Of a DNA stretch of 42,744 bases, positions 35,651 to 42,744 are shown one piece after another. The DNA comes from Macrostomum lignano (Eukaryota), in assembly GCA_002269645.1 (NCBI GenBank), contig NIVC01001662.1, positions 1 to 42,744 on the forward strand. Reading direction: 5' to 3'. The notes under the pieces are model-generated. The model was given only the letters and a program-made list of their open reading frames with translations. It did not search any database and had not been told where the DNA came from. Each line of letters starts with the position of its first letter. The stretch's first letter is position 1. The position numbers and the translations under genes were made by a program.

Positions 35651-36629
35651 TAGGTTTTTCGTTTGATTTCATAAAATTGTCATTTGATTTCGTCCATAGA
35701 AGTTGGCAGCGCGGCCATAGAGTCTATAGCAATAAAGTGCACTGTTTTCCGATTGAATTCGTAACTTTGCCACTTCATTTCGACTTGGCGCGCGGAGTGG
35801 CTCAAACACTGCCAGAGGGGGCTGGGATATCAGTGGGTGAATATCTATGGCCAAACCTCTCATAGAAATGAAAAGCCTATATGAACGTGTCCTCTTCTTG
35901 GGCAACAGTCACCTTCCTTGTATGCCTAAAAATGGCTGCATACGCGTCCATTGGAAACGACAGAAGGCATCTTGTCATTGAAGCAATGAACAGGGGTGAG
36001 AAAGTGACGGAAATAGCGCGATGGCTCAACATCAACAAACAGACAGTGTACTCCATAGTGAAGTGTACTCCATTTCTTAACGCCGCGAAGCAGGCACACA
36101 GTTGTCTCAAGGCTTCGCTTAAACGCCAGCTAGCAACACCTGAGCTTCAACAGGAACTTAGCTATCCGCCTGATGGCATCAACCTAACGCAGTGGAGACT
36201 CATGGTGCTTTTCCGCTGCGGCTACGTTGCACTAGAGGAAATTTCCGCCGCGAAGTGCCTTGCCTGGGAACGACATGTGATGCGGTTTCTGCCCCTGTGC
36301 ATCAATGAGCAGCAGATAATGTGAAATTTGTAGCTTGTTGCAGCGAACGAGCATTAACTTTGGCGGACATAACTGATTTCACTGTTGAACTGCCTACTTC
36401 CTCATGTGACTTAAATACACAGCTTTCTGTTTTTAACAGTTCTTTCTGTACTGGACAAGTGCATTGACTTTTCTGTTGTCTTTCTACTGGGTATGACGAA
36501 ATGAAGTGGCAAAGTTATGAATTCAATCGGAAAACAGCGCACTTTATTGCCATAGACTCTATGGCCGCGCTGCCAACTTCTATGGACGAAATCAAATGGC
36601 TATTTTAAGAAATCAAACGAAAAATCCTA
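35651..36629 (+). mobile_element. Non-autonomous Tc1/mariner-type DNA transposon (979 bp)
   Basis: About 133-bp terminal inverted repeats (35651-35782 and 36497-36629, about 7 differences by eye), TA on both flanks, internal HTH ORF. Confidence 0.9.
35932..36324 (+). CDS. Truncated transposase: N-terminal helix-turn-helix, catalytic core absent (130 aa)
   Basis: DRRHLVIEAMNRGEKVTEIARWLNINKQTVYSIVK has the Tc1-type HTH pattern; no DDE/D triad region. Confidence 0.65.
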   Translation: MAAYASIGNDRRHLVIEAMNRGEKVTEIARWLNINKQTVYSIVKCTPFLNAAKQAHSCLKASLKRQLATPELQQELSYPPDGINLTQWRLMVLFRCGYVALEEISAAKCLAWERHVMRFLPLCINEQQIM

Positions 36630-37544
36630 TAGTTTTCTGGCCCACAGTAAGTGAAACAGTCCCATAAACGACATAGTCTTGAGCATAGATAATTGCATGG
36701 TTTAATTAAGTACATATAGCCCCAACGCGATGGTATCATGCACGTAGATTTAAAAGCCGCAGTCGGGAATGGTACACGACGTAACAAAACCTTCAGACAA
36801 TCGCATGTTACATAGATAGATGACAGATGATATAGATTAGACAGTCAGGGCGGTTGTACACCCCGTGTGAGCGTGTGCACGAGTGCGTGCCTGCAGCGCA
36901 CGGGGAAAGCCACGCAGACTTCAATAGAGAGGCTTGAAGAGGAGGATCGGACAGGATCCCAAGCTCAGCTTTGCTGCCCCACAGCCGCCTGCCACCGGGC
37001 TGCCTGTCAGGCCCAGCCGCTCTAATACTAATACAGCGGGAGCGGCACAAAAAACCTGAGCCCCCCCCACTCGACTCGGGAGAGTGCGGGAAGGGAAAAA
37101 CGGGAGAGCTAAGGGATGAGGAAAATAAAAGGGGGAAGGGTGGGGATAATTACACGCACGAAATGGGGCGCCGCTGAGCCGCTGCAGCAGCAGCTCAGGC
37201 CTGAGATTGCCTGCTAACCATCCCGCTAGATGCTTGATGCCATCTGCTGTGGGCAGGGCGGCGGGCACTCCACTCGGCTCTCCCTCCTTCTCCCTCCACC
37301 CTCCGCCGTGCTCCACCGGCAGCGCCAGGCCTGCATCAATGCCTACAGAATTTCTATAGGCAAAAAAGGTTCTCGAATCGCCAGAAATTTTTTTAAAATT
37401 ACATCCTTTTTTAAACTGCACAACATGTCGGCGTTGCGTGACTATAGGAGTTACAGGGGCACCGAGACTTTAATGGCAGAAAGCAGACATTTGTACCAGA
37501 GCACGGGAAACTGTAAGCATGCACACTAATACATACAGTTGTGC

Positions 37545-37885
37545 TGACACAGACAGCTGTACACCTATATGACAACTGACAGACAACTGTACGCCTGGAT
37601 GCTAACTGATACAGACAGCTGTACACCTGAATGCTAACTGACACAGACAGCTGTACACCTGAATGCTAACTGACACAGACAGCTGTACACCTGGATGCTA
37701 ACTGACACAGACAGTTGCAGTACATGTGGATGCTAACTGACACAGACAGCTGTACACCTGGATGCTAACTGACACAGACAGTTGCAGTACATCTGGATGC
37801 TAACTGACACAGACAGTTGCAGTACATCTGGATGCTAACTGACACAGACAGCTGTACATCTGGATGCTAACTGACACAGGCAGCT
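37545..37885. repeat. 32-35 bp minisatellite (GCTGTACACCTGGATGCTAACTGACACAGACA)
   Basis: About 10 tandem units. Confidence 0.93.
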
Positions 37886-37925
37886 GTACAGAACACAGGC
37901 TTAAGCACAGCAGTAACGGTCTCAC

Positions 37926-38128
37926 CTGATTACGTTGGCTTCTACTACAATTTGCCAATGATGAAGACGAAGAAGAGGCTGCACCCGCCCCGGAATTGGA
38001 GTTGACGCCCTTGGCAACGGTTGCTGGGGCTGTTTGGTTGAGCCGCGACTGCTCATGCTTGCTGGGTGTGCAGGGGGCCGGCTGCTTGTCAGAAGCTCAC
38101 ATGACTCGCCAGCCGCTGAGGGCTGAAG
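37926..38128 (-). other. Candidate exon, possibly a far 5' exon of the calmodulin-like gene
   Basis: Strong acceptor (cttcctttgcag) and cag|gtgaga donor. The phase-0 frame (SGAGAASSSSSSLANCSRSQRNQ) is open only from about 38095; start codon unresolved. Confidence 0.3.
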
Positions 38129-39239
38129 CTGCAAAGGAAGCGGAGAAAAGGCGGAACTTGCTTGAGGATTTTGGCAGGGGAGGGAGAGGCGATCCTGCAG
38201 CAAAAGTGCAGGAGAAAGCAGGCGATCAGGGGATCTGGTGCCTTTCCCCTATCTCTCTCCGCCCCGTCCCCCGTTCTCACAGTTCAGCCGCACGGCTCTT
38301 AACGGTTCCATTTTCTGTCTTCACTCCCGGCAATAACAGCAGATAAGCCGGCCTCAAATCCCGCCGCCGCCGGATCCCAAAAATCCCCACGCATCCCAAT
38401 CCGGCGCGGTTCGAACTCTCACTTTATTCTCCCCTAAGATCCTTCTAGAAGAGGCAGCAGCAGCAGCAGTTTCCCAGGATTTTCCTGGCCAACGAAATGG
38501 CGAATATTTGAGCAGCGATAATCTGCAGCATTAACGGACCGTCAGCAGTTTGAGTTTGAGTAGACTAGCAATTAAAAAAGCTACAACAGACAGACGAGCA
38601 GTGTTCGGGATACCTCAGGATAGAATGCTACTGACAGGCAGGCGGCCAGACACGGGAGAAACACCGGCCCTGATTTGATTTATTTATAAGCTGCTGAGCC
38701 GCACACTGCCTGTCATGGCTCACTTAGAGTTCGGCTACGGTGAGGAAATGGAGGGGCGGGGCACGCACAGCTCACCCCAGCAGCACTAGAGGTGCCGCGC
38801 ATTGCTCTCAGCCCAAGCCTTAGCTGATGAGCCCCAGCTCTCTGCAGGCTGCTGTCACCAAGAGGGAAAGGTGAGACGGCGGAGCAGCAGCTCGCAGCAA
38901 TTAACCTGCGCCGGCTCCCCTCTCAAAGAGTTGACATTTACACAAGCGCAACGATACGATATCTCGCCCTGCCGGGCACTACAGGTCACGCGATCGCAAC
39001 ACAAACACTCGCATGAGTGCCTGTCTGCTTGACCAGCGCCCGGCAGCCCAGCTCGATCCAGTGCGCTTGCACTAATCAGGGGGCTTTTACCAACTCGTTG
39101 CTTTTGCCTATTTATCTTTCAACGAAAAGATGCAATTATGGCGCTGACATCGTGCACACGAAGTTGAAATGTTGCCTGCAAAGCAGTTTTGAACAGATAT
39201 TTAATCCTAACCCTCACAAGCTCTAACCCTAAACCAACT

Positions 39240-39580
39240 CACAGCTCATACTGTTTCCATGGCTGCATAGGCACACAAGGACACAGCTCACACTGTTTCC
39301 ATGGTTGCATAGGCACACAAGGACACAGCTCACACTGTTTCCATGGCTGCATAGGCACACAAGGACACAGCTCACACTGTTTCCATGGTTGCATAGGCAC
39401 ACAAGGACACAGCTCACACTGTTTCCATGGCTGCATAGGCACACAAGGACACAGCTCACACTGTTTTCATGGTTGCATAGGCACACAAGGACACAGCTCA
39501 CACTGTTTCCATGGCTGCATAGGCACACAAGGACACAGCTCACACTGTTTTCATGGTTGCATAGGCACACAAGGACACAG
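39240..39580. repeat. 42-bp minisatellite, 8 copies, alternating variants
   Basis: GGACACAGCTCACACTGTTTCCATGG(C/T)TGCATAGGCACACAA. Confidence 0.97.
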
Positions 39581-41304
39581 CCAGACAAAAGCCAAACAAT
39601 CGGACATTCATGTAACTGTAGAGGAGACACACAAAGCAAAGACAGTGCAATTTGCTCACACATACATGTAGTATTTGTCAGGCAACGCGCACAGGTACAA
39701 ATCCCTAAGCAGCTGCAACCCTGTCATTTTTTGCTTAACAAAAGTCTGCCCAACTCTACTGAGAGAGCGAACAAGAAACTGAGACAGGCAAGCCCGGTGC
39801 ACTGTTGGCGCGCACGAACTGCTACCACCCCTCTCATAGTCCTGAGGCATGCCCAACTCATAAGGAAAGTGCACAGCCTTATACGGCAAACAAATGAATG
39901 AACCGTTTTTGGCTCGATTAATGAGCAGCCCGGAGCCGGGCATCCGGGATTGAGCGCAAAGGAGGGCGGAGCAGCTGATGTGTGAATAGCGGACAGTTCA
40001 GTTTGACTAAAATCTGAGCCAATAAAGGCAGCTCAGCTTACAAGGAGGCTGGTTGGGGGGGGGGGGAAATTAAGGCCGGAGGTCCAGCCTGACTGCGCAG
40101 CTGCTGGCAAAACTCATCAGAGCCTCTTTTGTCAGATTCCCAGAAACTTGAGAGCCGAATTCGAAAATTCAATATTCCACTCGAATTGTGCGGAGGATAC
40201 CGACAGCTCGGCAGCCCAGACCCCAAACTTTGCCGAGACCGTTTGAGCATTCCGAGAAACTCAGAGAGTAGAGGAATTCAGAGAAATCTGAGCGCGGGCC
40301 AGGAGACTGAAGGGGGGGCAGCCAAACTGTCCAGCAATTCAACCGTGCCAGGACTGCCCTGAGGCGCCAAAGGCTGGCTGAGTTAAGTGAGCCCGGGAGG
40401 ACTCAGTTTTGAGCTGGGCTGACAGGGAAATACAGGCAGACAGACAACAGACGGACACAGAGGAACACATACAGACAGGCGAGGTCAGATGCAGTGAGGC
40501 GGGGAAATGCGGTGAATCCCGGAGCATAGCAGCGCAATGATTAGCGATTATCATGAACTCTAATTATCCCGGAGTCGGCAAGTCAGAGTGGCGCATAAAG
40601 GCAGGCAGAGGTGCAAGTTAGACTAAGCCAGACGATCATGGCGGACCGCTCAGTGGGGTGGGGGTTGAGCAGCCGGCTTTAGCGCCGAATAAATAATTAA
40701 GCAATGTCTGAGTGAATTTTACGAAGCGAAGCAGACTGGCGGGGTTGAGGGGAGAGGTAGGGAGAGCGGAGAGTGCAGCGGACAGAGCACTGGAAGGACT
40801 TCAAAAGCAATGCAGCGGGCAGGTCAAGGCGGCCTGGAAGCGCATGCTGAGGACACGCAGCGCTGCTAGCCAGCCTGCCTGGCCAAGGAATTCGGTTGCT
40901 GGGGATTATTAACCCACTCTCTCGCACGGTCTGCCCTTTGAATCCCCGACATTCATAGTCCTCCGCAATTTCCATATAAGGCAGCTAATAAAATCTGTTT
41001 CCGCGCAATAAAAAAAACTTTTCAAAACCGCTCCGAGGATACTCGGGTAGCGGATTGCAAAAAAACTTCCGAATGAAATCGGCCGCGCCACTTCATCATG
41101 CTAATTGTTGCCATCCTGCTTCTTATAAACACTGGACGGCTCTGCGGCTATTAGCATAAGAACCAGTGGGCAGCGTGCCGTGATTTAGGGCTACAGATTA
41201 ACAATAAAATTCTATTTCGGGAAACCATTTGAATTCGAAAAAATCCTTCTTGAAGAGACTGAATAGACGCGCCAGGACCTGCTAGAAAGAAACGACTCGT
41301 AGAA

Positions 41305-41547
41305 CGGAGGGGCTCGAGAGGGGGACTCGAGAAGGGGGGACTCGAGAAGGGGGGGCTCGAGTGGGGGGGCTCGAGTGGGGGGGCAGAGTGGGGGGCCCGA
41401 GTGGGGGGGCTCGAGTGGTGGGGCTCGAGTGGGGGGGCCCGAGTGGGGGGGCCGAGTGGGGGGGCCGAGTGGGGGGCCCGAGTGGGGGGGCCCGAGTGGG
41501 GGGGCTCGAGTGGGGGGCCGAGTGGGGGGGCCCGAGTGGGGGGGGCT
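41305..41547. repeat. G-run repeat (CTCGAGTGGGGGGG / CCCGAGTGGGGGGG)
   Basis: About 15 units each with G5-G8. Confidence 0.93.
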
Positions 41548-42744
41548 CGCGCTAAAGTGCCGGGTGGGCCTCAGTGCATAAAAAGTGGCTCGGGCTTCTC
41601 GGGCGATTCCCGCCCACGAGGGCCGGCCCAAAGCACAAACCTGACGATGATAAAGTCGGGCCTCTGTGTACCTGTGTGCTCAGTGAGTAAGCTTGCTGCA
41701 TGCGGGCAGACTGTCGCCCAAAGCCCCAGCAAACTTGACTATAACTAGCCCTATTGGTGAGAAAACATGCCTAACTGTGCAACCCAGTTCACTGAGCATG
41801 CCGTCAAATTAGCCTAATCAATCATAATTGAATTTAATAAGCTCCTGCAGCGCCCTCCGATCAATGCAGTTCTGCATAGCTAATTGGCTATGCACGAGCT
41901 GACTTTGGATGCGCACCCTAAGCCAGCAGAATCTCTGGCGGGCTTTGAGAAGCAGCCGGCACAATAACAGCCAAGACAGGCAACAGATCGAAGTCTTGAG
42001 CAAGTTTGACACAGGAAAACAGCTGCCTCCCATACAAGAATTCATGCATAGGAAATCGTTAACAAATCCAGAGGACCCGACCCGGAGGGAGCGCGGCCGA
42101 AATAAGATAAGAAAAAAACGAGAGCGAGAGGAGAGAGCAGCTCGGTCTGAATACTCAAAACCAGTTCCAAGGCGCGCGCTGAGTAGGCACTAGAGACACA
42201 GAAGAGGGACAGGGAAAGGGGAGACAGACAGGGGCCTGGCACTAATGCTGGGGCAAATAGTAAAGTTAATAATAAAGTATGCAGCCAGTGGCCGATAGAG
42301 TCAGATAGCGATTGAGGCGGCCTCCAGAGCTGCCATGGAGGCGGGCAGAGCGGCGAGCAGCGTCCGGGGCAAAGCGCGGCCGATATTAACCTCGGCCGAA
42401 AACCATTTTCCTCTTTTCTCCATCCCCAGCTCATCTTTGATTCCAGGGCCGCAAAGATTTTCCCCATGCAGTTTTAGCTATCATGTGCCCGCAATGGACT
42501 GGCGGGCGGGGGGCGACTTCTGTGAGAAAGGCCAATCTCCAAAAATCCACAAGCGGCTGCGCCGTCCAGTTCTCAGCTCCGGTGTCGTAAATAAAATGGG
42601 CGGCGGGAGGCGATTGTGAAATTGAAGCGCCAGGTGACCTGAGAGGTCAAGAGAGCGCTGGAGACAGAGTGGCTTCCGATCCAATGGTATCATTATCGAT
42701 GGATTTATGAGTCAATATAGCTCGTATATGCATGACTGATCGAT

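Noticed and set aside
35651-36629. Autonomous transposon or hAT element
   Set aside because: Too short for a full transposase, no DDE core, and no 8-bp target duplication; flanks are TA.
39203-39238. Telomere-like TAACCC words
   Set aside because: Only two or three degenerate copies, not an array.
39900-42744. Scattered short ORFs and GC-rich patches at the right end, such as 41909-42193
   Set aside because: No recognisable domain and no consistent splice chain found.

Overview
Eukaryotic (animal) genomic DNA with GT-AG introns. By my rough tally about one third is tandem repeat, and nearly every large intron carries its own satellite. GC-rich, Gln/Ala-rich exons and the repeat load resemble a flatworm such as Macrostomum (inference only). 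Two genes can be rebuilt by hand. (1) A + strand vesicular monoamine transporter (VMAT/SLC18A, 10572-18477, about 605 aa). It has two tandem, homologous 93-nt exons (14579-14671 and 14943-15035) encoding alternative versions of the TM4-loop-TM5 gate segment, which look mutually exclusive. (2) A convergent - strand four-EF-hand calmodulin-like gene (core 21624-23567). It appears to have two alternative N-terminal routes: one 37-nt exon, or a block of three exons with the same net phase. Also present: an orphan disordered ORF with a PP1-docking RVxF motif (6468-7313), a tentative - strand orphan gene (1659-4564), an internally deleted Tc1/mariner element (35651-36629) keeping an in-frame HTH ORF, and satellites built from AP-1/ARE, E-box or splice-donor sequences. 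Most long ORFs in the supplied track are repeat artefacts. All gene models are hand-spliced and untested against RNA.
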